A stretch of 64,000 bases of DNA, taken from assembly GCF_026571515.1 (NCBI RefSeq), contig NW_026865113.1, positions 62,001-126,000 of the forward strand, written 5' to 3'. The stretch comes from Ruditapes philippinarum. Taxonomy: Eukaryota. Shown in pieces: positions 1-11,918 of the stretch. A program made the position numbers and the translations under genes. Position 1 is the stretch's first letter; each line of letters begins with the position of its first letter. Below the pieces are notes generated by a model. That model had not been told where the DNA came from. It worked only from the letters and a program-made list of their open reading frames with translations, and ran no database searches.

Positions 1-971
1 CCGTCGATGTAGAGGGTATCATAGGATATCCATGAAGTCTTGCCTTGTTCCCGGGCTGCTTTCATTCTTGGTAAAAGTCTCTTCCTTTTATCGACTACTT
101 CTTTCGGCAGTTGTTCATTTACGAAGAACGGTGTACCCATAAGCGTTTTCCATTGTTTCCTTACGAATTCTTTCTCTTTGTAAAGAGTAAACTTTGCTAC
201 AATATTGCGATATCCACCATTTCTATTATGTCCCATGCGATGCACTCTTTCAAAAGATAATTTATCCACCTGATCTTGTGCAATTTTCATTTTGTCAACG
301 AGAAATGATCTCAACTTTACCTCCGTGTCCTCGTTTTTCTCCTCAGGGGCCTCTGGGATATTGGTAAAGACGAGGTTATTTCGCATTGATTGAGCCTGTA
401 AGTAGGTCACTTCGTTATGTAGGTCATCTTTCTGTTTTTCTAGTGATGATAGTTTGCTTGTAGTTTGTGAAAGCACGAAGTCAATAGATTCCGTTTTATC
501 TTCCACAATGGTGATTCTTTCATTCATAGTTGTGCTCATGTCATGTAGTTTGACCCATATTTTTTTTAGTTCTTGATCAAAATTATCAACTTTTCTTTCA
601 AGATTTTCAAGACATTGAAGTTTTGAATCCACATTTGTAATTTTAGTGTCAAGTTTCTTTAAATAGGATAAAATATCATCATTGTTAGTTTCCATCTTTG
701 ACTTTGGCCTACAATTTTCAGAGTTTAACGGTTTATTTTCCGTAATTGGACATTTTGTGTGATATAGTGTGGGGTCAAATACACTGTCTTCAAGATTATC
801 TTTTTCATATAAAGTACTATTGGCTTGATTTAAAACTTCACTCAGTAATAATTGACTAGAATTTGAACCAGAATTTGACCTGTACCTTCCCGCCTTTAAT
901 GTGTGTCCATTGTTATCTCCTTCACTGCTATTTTTCCTTTTTTCAGTCTTATTCCTTTTTTTATTCCCCAT
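1..971 (-). CDS. LINE retrotransposon ORF1p (coiled coil + L1-ORF1/Tnp_22-like RRM); runs off the window start
   Basis: ATG at 971, open frame to base 1 (no stop, so absent from the ORF track). MGNKKGIRLKKRK..., coiled-coil LKKLDTKITNVDSKLQCLENLERKVDNFDQELKK, then QSMRNNLVFTNIPE, FERVHRMG, RNIVAKF, VNEQLPKEVVDKRKRL, WISYDTLYIDG, the typical LINE ORF1 RRM/CTD motifs. Confidence 0.9.
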   Translation of the reverse strand, partial: MGNKKRNKTEKRKNSSEGDNNGHTLKAGRYRSNSGSNSSQLLLSEVLNQANSTLYEKDNLEDSVFDPTLYHTKCPITENKPLNSENCRPKSKMETNNDDILSYLKKLDTKITNVDSKLQCLENLERKVDNFDQELKKIWVKLHDMSTTMNERITIVEDKTESIDFVLSQTTSKLSSLEKQKDDLHNEVTYLQAQSMRNNLVFTNIPEAPEEKNEDTEVKLRSFLVDKMKIAQDQVDKLSFERVHRMGHNRNGGYRNIVAKFTLYKEKEFVRKQWKTLMGTPFFVNEQLPKEVVDKRKRLLPRMKAAREQGKTSWISYDTLYID

Positions 972-1116
972 GAAATTTTATCACAAGTTCACAAGTTCAA
1001 CACTTTATAAATTCCAAATCAAATAAGAACTTTATAATAATTTAAATCCAAATAAATCCATTTTTTTCAAACCAGATTTTTTTATCGACTTTCTCACTTG
1101 ATCACGTGACTTCTCT

Positions 1117-1118
<2 letters not shown>

Positions 1119-1151
<33 letters not shown>
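1119..1151. repeat. T33 homopolymer next to the LINE 5' end
   Basis: Directly visible; ~150 bp upstream of the ORF1 ATG on the minus strand. Confidence 0.9.
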
Positions 1152-1156
<5 letters not shown>

Positions 1157-4100
1157 GACATGAAAAATATGCATGTAATATTACTATATTATAATATTAG
1201 TCCCTTTTGTTACTATTTGTATATTTGTTGCAATTATAACAGACTAATGATATTTCTATCATCTTCTAGCTGTTAATGACTACAGTAGTGCACAGTACAG
1301 TCATGTCACATAACATTTACAAGTCTTGTTTGTATTCAATATAATTACTTTCCTTACCAGGTAGGCATCAGTGAAAGCATTTTTATATTAAAAAATTTTC
1401 CCCTCTTTTTAATTATGGACAGTGCATAAGATAAGTATAATTATGCAAAAAAATGGTTTACAAAACATTCGGAAAAAATCTACAATAGTACTTAATCTGA
1501 ATATAATATGACCTGTGCGTAGGAATAATTTGGTAAGGTATCTGTAATGAGCACATTTTTTTGCGCGGAGCTTCTCACAATTGCTGCATTGCAGCAACAT
1601 TTGTACTTGTATGATATTGACTTATTTGCTTTGATTGGCTAAAGGCAGGCGGTGTACAGGTAGAACTATTCAAATCTTGTCATTTGTATATATCACTGTC
1701 TAGGAGAACGGCGATAATTACGGAATGTAAGTTTATTTTTTGTTTTGCCTTCCCGGCGGCTAAGGTGTAAAATTTGTTCTCGTTCTCATTCATAAATATA
1801 TCATGACATGCTGCGAATCACCGAAGGGGAAATATGACTTTACATAAAAGAAATCGGAAGGAATTTTTAATTCCGAATTTATTTTTAGCTGTAAATCGAA
1901 GGGTTTAATTGATAAAAATCGGGTGCATGGACCAAAAAATAATGATAAACACAAATAGCTCTGTGACTTTGGGCGCGGAGCAATAAATATAGGTGAGAAA
2001 CGTTTCCTCAATCCAAAATGGACCTGATCTATCATATGCACGGTTATTTTCTTTAAATATAAATACCAAGTGCATTGTCCTATGTGTTATGGTTTTCAGC
2101 ACATTGTTTGAATTGTGTGAAAATGGCAAACGCATTTTTAGTATGTCGCACGAGACGATATAATAGACCCTTCTTAATATTACTTCATACATATTCATAG
2201 ATTTCCCAGAACGAGGCTAACAGGGCAAGCTTTTATACCTGTATGTAAACATTTCATAGAAATATGGCTGAAGCGTTTTCCTACAGTGATCGAGATCTTG
2301 ATATTGTACCATTAATTACATTCACTTTTGTTGAAAACTATATTAAATGTAACAAAAAATCTTCTTGAGATAAATCAATCAACAAAGGGTTTAAATACTA
2401 CAGTGAAGGCTATATTCAAGACCTTAGAGGTGAGTTAAAGTATATAATTATGGAAGCCTTGGAGGGTCACTTTTGAGTTTCGACTTATAGATTTATTTTA
2501 CTATTTTCTTATGACTTTTGATTTATGACTTTTGATTTATGACTTTTGATTTATGACTTATGGATTTTGTTATTTCCCACGTGCTTGCCATTAAAATATA
2601 GTAGAATATGACAACGATTCAGACGAGGTAAGTTAATTTACCTAAGTTTCCTGGAGACTTATTTAAAAAACAAAATATGTGGGCTCATATGCAAGAACAG
2701 AATGTTATTCTTATATAAGCCTTTTAAATTGATTAAGAAAAGAAAATACTTTGCTTAAATTGCATTGCATTGGGTATCCATTTTTTATTTTGATTTCCGG
2801 AACAGGGATATATAATCTCAAATTGACATACAGCGAATGAATCAAACGCTTTATTTTTTATATGGGTTCCTGTTTTAAATCCAAACCAGTCTCACATTGT
2901 TGTTTGCTGCAATTACAAGCGGTTTTCACCCGTAGTTCATTCTTCGTCCATCTAATATTGAATATAGACCAAATTATAGACCTTATTTTGACAAAGAAAT
3001 TTGTGGTTAAGAAGTTTCATGAAACATGGTATTTAAAAAACAATAAATCATACAGCTTTGAAACTTCACACACTTGTTTAGAACACGCTCTGAGTTATAA
3101 ATCTCTGAATTGCATTGTTATCAAATTATGCCTCTTTTTCGATTTTGAATTCATGGTTTAGAATTTTCATGAAAAATGGTTTCTCAAACACTATTTTAGC
3201 GATTCCTTTGAAACTTAGAACACATATTATGTGTTGATATCTAAGATCAATGACCAAGTTTCGTATGAGTGGCGCACAATTTGACATATTTATGCCCATT
3301 TTTAAAGCTAAAATGTTTTGTCAGATGGTTTATGAAATATGGTCCTATAAACCAGTTATGATATAATATTAAAACTTTATTCACTTGTTCAGTATCAATA
3401 ACTTAGGTCACATACCAAGTACATTGTATATAAACTTTTGTATACAGTTATGTATTAAGGGATTTTTTGTATTTCATTTTGTATATATATGTATTTCATT
3501 TCAATTGAGATAACACATACTTTTAATATTTTCAGTTTAAATTCTAGTTAAGCTACCTGTAGGAATTAAGGACGTGCTGTCGAATGGTTTCAACTGCAGT
3601 TGCAAGAGCATCAGCAATACATATTTGTCAAGTTTTCGGAGCCAGTTTAGAAGACTAAGAGGTTTCATGGCAAAACAGCGTTCGTTCCGAGTGGAAAGTA
3701 GTACAGTTTAGCAAATGCAAAATGTCCAAACACTAGTGATTTGGTTTTCTTCGTTATTGTCTATAGAAATATTCAGACATTTTGGAATACGAGCGTTACC
3801 TTTTCACACTTGTTTCAGACGCTCGATAATTTTCAAGTTTTAACCCCACCACTTATTGTGGACGCTTTATTGGAAACACGCAATGTCACGTTCCGCTAAT
3901 TTAATTTATACTGTACATATCTCCAATATGGTACAAAACTTGTATCGATATACAGGTCATGGTGAGACAGAGAAAAGTGTGAAAAATCATGAATTCATAA
4001 TTCTGGCTTTCATAATTTTCAGTATTTGCCCATTGCAAATTTTAAAACTTAAAAGAAAGGTATCAAAATCAAACTTTGCATGTTCATATAGCTTGGCGAG

Positions 4101-5688
4101 GCAGAAAGAAACATACTTCTTGCCATCATAGCTACATTTTAGAAAGGCCCCTTTTGTTGTTGATTTTTTTCTTCTTGTTTTTCATACTTAGATTTTGTTA
4201 AACTCATAATTATCTTAAAAACTGTTGGAGGCATCAACTTTACTGGCAGATATATCTCGGCGAGACAGAGTGCATTGTGTTGTTAACAAAACTTTTGATT
4301 ATAATATTTAATCGTTCTTCTAAGTTAAACATTCCCTTTTTCGACATGCTGTGTGTGGGGGTTGTGTTAATTACGAAAGACTATGATATTTCCATTACAT
4401 ATAAAGTCGGTTATTCTTCGAAAAAAAAAACGAACTTGTGGACGTTATTTGATATATACATTATAGTACAATGTATACAGTTTCTTAAAGTTAAATAGGA
4501 ATTTTTTAGCAGGAGACTGTGTTTGTTTTTTTTTTTCTTTTGAACATTTAGAAATGAAGAAATAACGCTTTGACAATAATTTTTAAAATATTGACTTCAA
4601 TAATAATACACTCTAGCGGCGCTAGTTTACCTAAATTATATTATGTTTTTAAAAGCTTCGTTAGATAACTCATGATTTTCTTAGTTTTTTATCAGTAACG
4701 TATTAACGATGTGTTGTTTTGTAGAAAAATTGCATGTATATATGTCTCCTGTGACGTAAATACTTGATGTTTTTGTTGATGGCAGTGTTTATTTTTAGCT
4801 GTTCCTTAGTGTTAGCTTATAAGTAAGGCATGTGTGCTATTTTAGAAAAAAATGCTTACCTCTGTATTTCTTATCTCTGTTTTTAAATTTAAATATAATG
4901 AAGCTCAAATTCAGTTTGTTTTGCCTATCTAATATATTTTGTTTTCTTATATGACAACAATTTTGTTAAACAAATAAAGCACGGTTGTAGAATAAAAAAT
5001 GTTTGTTGTTATCTGTTTAAACGCATTTATTCCAAACAATTATTGATAGCTCTGCCAACCTGTCACGGTCAAGACCGTGAGGTAAAAACCTTTGGTAGAG
5101 TGGTCTCTCGGTAGAGGTATATTTAGGTAGTCTGTTGAGGGAGTTGGGTTTACTTCTATAGTGATTGCTATTCTATTTCTACTTTGCTCATTTCAACCTC
5201 TTACTTATAATTTTAATGGAACACTATCTCTACATAGATAAATAAATTGTCAACAAATGAGGAAAATGTGTTTTTATCATTCAGGACCAGATTTACAATG
5301 ATAATGTAAATAAGTACAAGTTTGAAGTAGAAATCATCAAGAGTTTTCAAGTCATATTTGTGTCAAAACTGTTTTCTAAATTTAATTTTATACCTATAAA
5401 TTTTCTTCCAACGGATAGAAAATTCCGTATTATGTTAGTGACAAATACGGAACCATATATGGAAATGCCGGATTATTTTTGACATTGGTTCCGATCTTAG
5501 CTGTGTCTTACGTAGCATTAGGAAACGGGAACCAAAATTATAAGAGGCGTCGCCGGTTTTGCATAAATTACGTATTCATCCGTCAGTCATAAATTTATTT
5601 TTTATTTTCTGAAATTTCTTATAGAAGTGTAGTTTAATGAAAATTATTTTTACTAATAACGAAAAGGTATATAATAAAAGTAAAATTA

Positions 5689-5834
5689 TGTTGTAGTAGC
5701 TTTCTGAGGCAATGCATTTTTCTACTTGCAACATTGGAAAAATTGATATCTCACTCGACCTTCTGTCTCGCGAGATATCAATTTTCCACCGCTGCTTGTA
5801 GCAAAATACAAAGCCTTAAAAAGCTACTACTACA
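5689..5834. mobile_element. Palindromic (fold-back) MITE-like element inside the IS3EU
   Basis: Arms TGTTGTAGTAGCTTT..GAGGC / GCCT..AAAGCTACTACTACA and AAAATTGATATCTC / GAGATATCAATTTT around a short loop. Confidence 0.65.
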
Positions 5835-6676
5835 AAATATTCCGTACATATATCTCCTTTATTTTAATGTATTATAATGCGTAACGCTTGTACCCTCTTA
5901 AATAGTCAACACGGAAAAATAGCGTACCAGTCAACCGTGACTAAAATCAACAAGGAATTAAATAATCTATTTAAAGATGTAAAATGTTAATAAAAATTTG
6001 TAATAAAGCTACACATCCAGAAAATAGCTAAGAACTGTTTAATCTGAATAAAAAAATTCGTTATTTACCAAGAATAGTTTATTTACTTCAATACTTAATG
6101 CTGCAGACGGCACTTATAAATGAATGTTCCGAATTAAAACTTATATACATATGATTTCACATTAACAATTGATGTTGATAATTCACGTAAAAACGATCAA
6201 CTATGATAAAAACATATGAATGCAATAATTCTAATGCAAAAATGAGGCTGGTGGCTAAATGTACTTGTAAACATCATATGACTTCAACACCACTCTCGGC
6301 TGATGTGCTCCCTTGCGTTTGGTGATTGTATCACAAATTTGCTTATTTTACATTAATCTAAAATCAAGTAAAATTAATGTTTATACCAAGGCAAAGAGTA
6401 ACAGCAAATGGCAAAAGTTATAAGTCAAAAGATAAAAGTCATAAGTAAAAAGTGATAAATTATAAGTGAAAAGTCATAAGGCAAAACCTAAAAAAAAACA
6501 CGAGAAAATAAGTCAGCATTTATTACAAAGATCAATTACTATTTTTGAAATAACAATCATATATATTCATTTTAGATACCATAATACATCCTATAAAGTA
6601 TGGTTGCTATTTGTTGCGAATGAATAAGACGTTTGAATCTAATTACACATACTTGAAATTTCACGTATAACTTATA

Positions 6677-6796
6677 TGTCACGGTACGAATCTATTCAGT
6701 AGATGATGTGCAATCTCGGTCGGGACAGAGCTAGCCCTGTAAGGGGTTCCGGGTTCGAATCCCGGTATGGCTGCATATCTTTCTCCCCCTGTGACA
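6677..6796 (+). mobile_element. Short tRNA-like LTR remnant (TRIM-type)
   Basis: TGTCAC...GTGACA inverted termini (TG..CA), internal B-box GGGTTCGAATCCC, followed by TTTGGC (PBS-like TGG). Confidence 0.55.
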
Positions 6797-6806
6797 TTTG
6801 GCACAT

Positions 6807-6863
6807 TGGAAAGTGTCCCTGCCAGTCACGCGGGAGACCGGGGTTCTATTCCTAGTCGGACAG
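6807..6863 (+). pseudogene. tRNA-Asp(GTC)-derived fragment (5' truncated, degenerate)
   Basis: TGGAAAGTGTCCCTGCCAGTCACGCGGGAGACCGGGGTTCTATTCCTAGTCGGACAG matches the 3' two-thirds of eukaryotic tRNA-Asp. Anticodon GTC at 6825-6827; B-box mutated; 5' acceptor/D arm missing. Confidence 0.75.
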
Positions 6864-8139
6864 CCGTTTTGTAACCAGGGCTTGATAGAAGAGATACAAC
6901 CAGAAGTCGATTCATATAGTGCAGTTAATCTCGTAATACTTATGCCAAAAACAAAAAAGAAACACTGCAAGTATTTTACGTAAAAAGTTACAAAATTGCA
7001 CATACATATATTGTGATGCAAAAACTTTACAAATTAATATTTACAGGCTGCTGAGTAAGGACCATTAACTTGTACAATAAATGTGTTTAGATTTGATTTT
7101 TTAAATAACTTTAGGAAGATTCCCACTACACGTACGCTTTTCGTACAAAAATACATGCAAATACTGTTTAAGAAATGACCCGTTAAGGTATGACCATCCT
7201 AATGCATTACGTACCTCCAATTCAAGAGTATTTACATTAGTTGCATGAAATCAGAGGGTTGTGGGTTCAAATCCTATAGGAGCCAACTTTTTTTCCTTCA
7301 TTTTTTCTTTTGACAGTATTTTTGTATTTTTCTAGCTATATTAAGATGGAAAAATATGCTCGTTTTCTATTATCATATTTTTTTACAGATATTAATTGCC
7401 TAATTAATGCTAAAAAAATCTAAGAGCAAATTACAATTATAACATTTTCAATGCTTTATATATTACAAACTAGCCGATAAAAGCCGTCCATATTTCACAT
7501 AATGAATCAATATACTTCTAGAAAGATTTTAGCAAACTTTGATACAAGCCCTTTGACTAAATGTAATTTTAGTGATTTTTTAAATTTTGAATGATATGAT
7601 AAAAATGTTCAAATTGTGGGGTAGAGAAACATTTCCATGCATATTTCTATCGTGTCGAGAATAGTCATGCATTTAACATGCATAGTTTATTACTAGAATG
7701 TTATTATTTGCATCTAAACAAACAACACTTGCAAAACATGTTTAAATGAGATTACACGGATATTTTTTTAGACTTTCAATACATGTATTTCATTTTAAAA
7801 GCCTTTTTAATGTATATGTTCTGACTCATAGTAATGCCAACAACTCCAAATCCGTACGGTAAATTTTGCTTAAATTTTGCATACAGGCGTCCTTTAGGTA
7901 TACCATTACACAAAGTTGTCAATTTTACAATGCCTTATAGTGCAAATTAGAGTGGTTATAACTTAAACGATAATTTACAAATATATTGTAATTTGCTCAA
8001 TATTTACAAACCAATATCTTAAAACAACCATATAATGAAGTGAAATCGTAGACTATCGTCTTTATGATTTTAAAACATCATTTTTTTGAAACTTAGTATT
8101 AGTCGTTTCAAAGCGTATTTATATTAAATCTATTCTCAA

Positions 8140-10018
8140 AATTAAATCTTTCAAATCGGTACACAGTTGTAGTGCTGAATCAGCGTCTAATGGCATCTGT
8201 AGATATGGCTTCAGAAGGGGTGCTTATTCTATGAATTCCTCACATTGTCTTCTTTGGCGTGAAAACATGTTCTTTGCAAATATATACGTCTCTCAAGTTA
8301 ACTGCATTGCCGAAGTCGTGAGTTTCATACAGACCAGGTACTAAAAACAGTGTATCAGGTTTACCACAAATAACAGAAGAACTTTTTTGTTGCCTTATTT
8401 CATGTGCAATCCGGTCTAACTCGGTTTGTATGAGGTCCATGAAGCAAAATTTTAAGTTCTCACATTGTATCGGATACAGATAATTAAATACACAAGTATC
8501 GCGTAAGTCTTTGGAAAAAAAAATCCACCAATTGATTCCATTTTTTCTCGTAATGTACACCTCCACTTCTCAATGCGTTGGTTAGATGTGCTTTTTCCAG
8601 CTACAAGGCTTCGAGTACCAACTATCGGATCTGTAGAATCGTGTCTGAAGTATTGTTACAATAGTAAAGCAATGCAGTTTTCCGTACCAACATCACAACC
8701 TAGTAATTTGGGTGAGGGGGACTTGATAATGTTCATTAAAGGTGTCTAAAAGTATCTTGCAATAAGGTGTGGGTCGTTATTTGAGTCCAAAACCTCTAAC
8801 CATGTTATTTTTCTACTATACCCATTCACAGCACCATGGATATAAAATCCTTATGGTTTAAGTTTGTCTTAACCGTCCATATGTCATGGCGTAGTATACG
8901 CGTCGGCATAAGCGATGAGCTTTCCGCATCTCAATACCATCCGGATCAAGCGCTCTCATTATTTCCATGACGTCGTCTCCCTTGACGTACATGTGGTAAT
9001 CCTGCATTAACCTACGCCATATTGTACGGTATTCTATGCGTTGTCCATTTGTTTGTATTTCTCTGTTTATAACACCAGACACAGTCTCAAAAGGAGTATA
9101 TATTCCATTACGCCGTTTAAAATTAAGCGTTTTAAAAAAAGTCTATTCACTGTACTAAATGACGTCGTAATGCCATGCTGTACCAGAAAGTACTCTATTA
9201 TCAGCAGAGTTTTGTTTGTTATAGATGTTGAGGGTAGGTATCTTGGCACGGTAGCTTTGGTAATGCTGAACAGTATAATGATGAAGACACAGATCAACAT
9301 CAAGGTTTTCATCCTCGTTACCTTTTGTCCAGTAGTTGTGTCTGAAATAAGAGTTTATCTTTTATCTAAATCTTTATACATTCATATTATATAAAATGGG
9401 TAAATCTCTTAGCTCCGTTTTTAAAGATAGATAGGTGCGAAAAAAATATTTTAAATGCTAGTAGGATATTTTGTTCTAACTGGTTCTATATCTACGTTTA
9501 TTCTTAAGTGTTCTTTTCTCAATTGTTAAAATATACAACAAAATTAGACATTGATGCTAAATGCAAATGGTGCTCGATAACAATTTTAAGTTAACTTTGT
9601 ACTTGTGTGTATGAACATAGCACTTGCCGTTCTTTACTGATTCCGTGTTAGCTCAATAAAATGCTGAATTGCGATACATGTTTAATACTGTGCACCATGC
9701 CATTTTAAGACGTAAAACTTGTATTCCCCTTCTACTTGTAAAACAGTTATTTGTTTGTTACTCATGGACAGATTTTGTGATGAGGACAAAAAATGTATAA
9801 GCACTAATATAATGAACATATTTAGAACATAGAAGATTGTACAAAACACACAGTCACACTTGTGGAATTAAAGTCTGTGATATGTTACCACTATGGGATT
9901 ATATCAAATAATATTAAATTCCCTCCTTAACACATCCTCTCCTCCATTACAAATCTGAATGAAATTATTTAAAACGTTTATAAAACATACCTGAAACCAA
10001 AGTTGCTGCTTTCAGCAT
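8140..10018 (-). pseudogene. Decayed IS3EU (integrase-core DDE) transposase
   Basis: Fragments across frames: IEYF..LVQHGITTSFSTVNR; YRTIWRRL..RALDPDGIEMRKAHRLCRRVYYA; HMDG*DKLKP*GFYIHGAVNGYSRKITWL..SNNDP; CDVGTEN; GKSTSNQRIE; ENLKFCFMDLIQTELD. Multiple stops and frameshifts. Possible first exon 10018-9991 splices in frame to 9341. Confidence 0.85.
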
Positions 10019-11918
10019 TTAGAGCACGTGTAAAATGGGTTAGCCAAAAGTCATAAGACGTAAGTCACAAATCAAAAGTCAAAAGTCGAAAGTCAAAAGT
10101 AAAATATCCGTAAGTCGAAACTCAAAAGTGACCCTCCAAGGCTTCCATATATAATATTTCCAAGCTATTTCTCATATTCCTAGTTATTATAAATTTGCAA
10201 CTTATACAAATATTACATGTGTTATCAGTTTTTTATTGCTAACCCAAATTGTTGGTCAAGTGTATAAGCAATTAACTGATAATAGATGTAAACAAAAGGA
10301 TGCTGAATTCCTGTACCATACTTCCCCTAAATGTGTTGTTTAAATTTTATAAAATATGTTAATTCACATTGTATTACAGTGTCAAAAATTATTGATGGCT
10401 GTCAAGTAACTGGTAAATGTTACAGATCGCAAAGAAAGAATGAGCAGCCTCATCAAGTAAAGGTAATATTTTATTTAAAAATATCACATCCCCTGTCTTA
10501 AACATATCAAGGAAATGTCAGTACTATCACATGGTGGTGTTTTAAGCAATATAATAACAAATTTATTTTGTAAAGAAAGAAATACAAAATGCTATATAAT
10601 GGCAGTATCAAATATTCAAAACATACATAATCATATTTATGTAATAAATGTATTTATACCTTGTATGTAACCAGTGATAATCATTTTATTGCAGATATCA
10701 TTCAAATCTAAAGGAGAAGATGAAGTGTCATTTGCTCATTGCACTTGTCCAGTGGGCTTGACTGGATTATGTGGCCATGTTGTTGGAACCCTGTACCAGC
10801 TGGCAAATTACAAATCATTAGGGTATAACGCACTTCCAGAAGATGTTGCCAGGACAAGCCAGCCCCAGACATTCCATGTACCCAGAGGAATGAAAATTCA
10901 AGGCAAGGCTGTACAGGACCTTGAAGTAAGAGGTTATTCGGGAAAGGCAGCAGCAAGTAGTAGCACTTCTTCAAACATTCCAAGAAATATTCAATCAACT
11001 TTATACAATCCAATCCGGGGACAAAATATTAACTGGAATGAACATGTTGAGATATTCTCTGCCGCTGTACCAAATATGCTGATGTTACCAGCTATGCAAG
11101 CAAAAGATTTTGAAATGGTAGATACCAAATTTGGAAAGGGTCTGTTTTAAGCTACCAACAAAAACTGGATTCTGGATATATTATTAATGTATATGACGGA
11201 GTTGAATTTCCACAACTGTCAGCATCAAGTTTTATGTGTAATTCATACAATGTTGTTCTAGACGAAAAAAAATCAACAAGCCTCGAAAACTTGAAACTTA
11301 CCATGAACGAGTCTGCAAGATTTGAAAAACAAACTCGATTACAAAGTCAAACTCCGATGTGGTTTAAGATCAGAAAAAACAGATTGACTGCCTCCAAAAT
11401 TGGAGAAATTTACAAACGGAAAAAGGAGCCGTCAAGCTTGGTACAGCGGTTGAAATCGACCCGACGTGTGACAACAGAAGCCATGAGAAAAGGGTTAGCT
11501 TCTGAGCCAGCAGCGGCTAATGCATATTCTGTACAAAAATCAAATGTAAACATCTACCCATGTGGAGTTGTTGTTAATGTTTGGGCACCTTGGTTAGCTG
11601 CAAGCCCTGATCGCAAGGTTTACAATACTGCAATGACACCACCCTTTGGTCTTCTTGAAATAAAGTGCCCACAGGTTTCTAGTGTTTTGGAGGCATCTTA
11701 TTTGCAAAAAGATGCAACAGGGGCATTAAGATTAAATAAGAATCATATATATTACTACCAAATTCTTGCACAGCTGGCGGTGACAGGATTACAATGGTGT
11801 GATTTGTTTGTCTGGTGTACAAATGACAGTCATTGTGAAACAATATATTTTAACACTGACTTGTGGAACAATGTAAAAGACAAAGTAGATGATTTCTTTT
11901 TCAACCATTTTATTTAAA

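Larger units (their letters stand above)
2449..10149. mobile_element. IS3EU-type DNA transposon (7701 bp) nested in intron 1 of the ISL2EU exonuclease gene
   Basis: Perfect 39-bp TIR TATGGAAGCCTTGGAGGGTCACTTTTGAGTTTCGACTTA at both ends; TAY..RTA termini; 6-bp TSD TATAAT (2443-2448, 10150-10155); subterminal GACTTTTGA repeats; internal integrase-like transposase remnant. Confidence 0.88.
2264..11917 (+). pseudogene. ISL2EU accessory SWIM zinc-finger + YqaJ (lambda-exonuclease-like) gene, disabled
   Basis: Exons 2264-2429, 10380-10462, 10695-11917 (GT-AG, phases consistent). SWIM HCTCPVGLTGLCGH; YqaJ motifs WFKIRKNRLTASK, LAASPDR, LLEIKCP, YYYQILAQL. In-frame TGA at 2366-2368 and a frameshift near 11135-11140 (TKFGK / GSVLSYQ). 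Confidence 0.88.

Noticed and set aside
1620-1735. CCAAT box plus GTAAGT donor suggesting a non-coding first exon
   Set aside because: No downstream exon can be linked from sequence alone.
6807-6863. Functional tRNA-Asp gene
   Set aside because: The 5' acceptor strand and A-box are missing and the B-box is mutated (GGTTCTATTCC); kept only as a pseudogene fragment.
11234-11917. YqaJ nuclease as a prophage or horizontally acquired viral gene
   Set aside because: The gene has spliceosomal introns and lies within ISL2EU TIRs; it is a normal component of that group.
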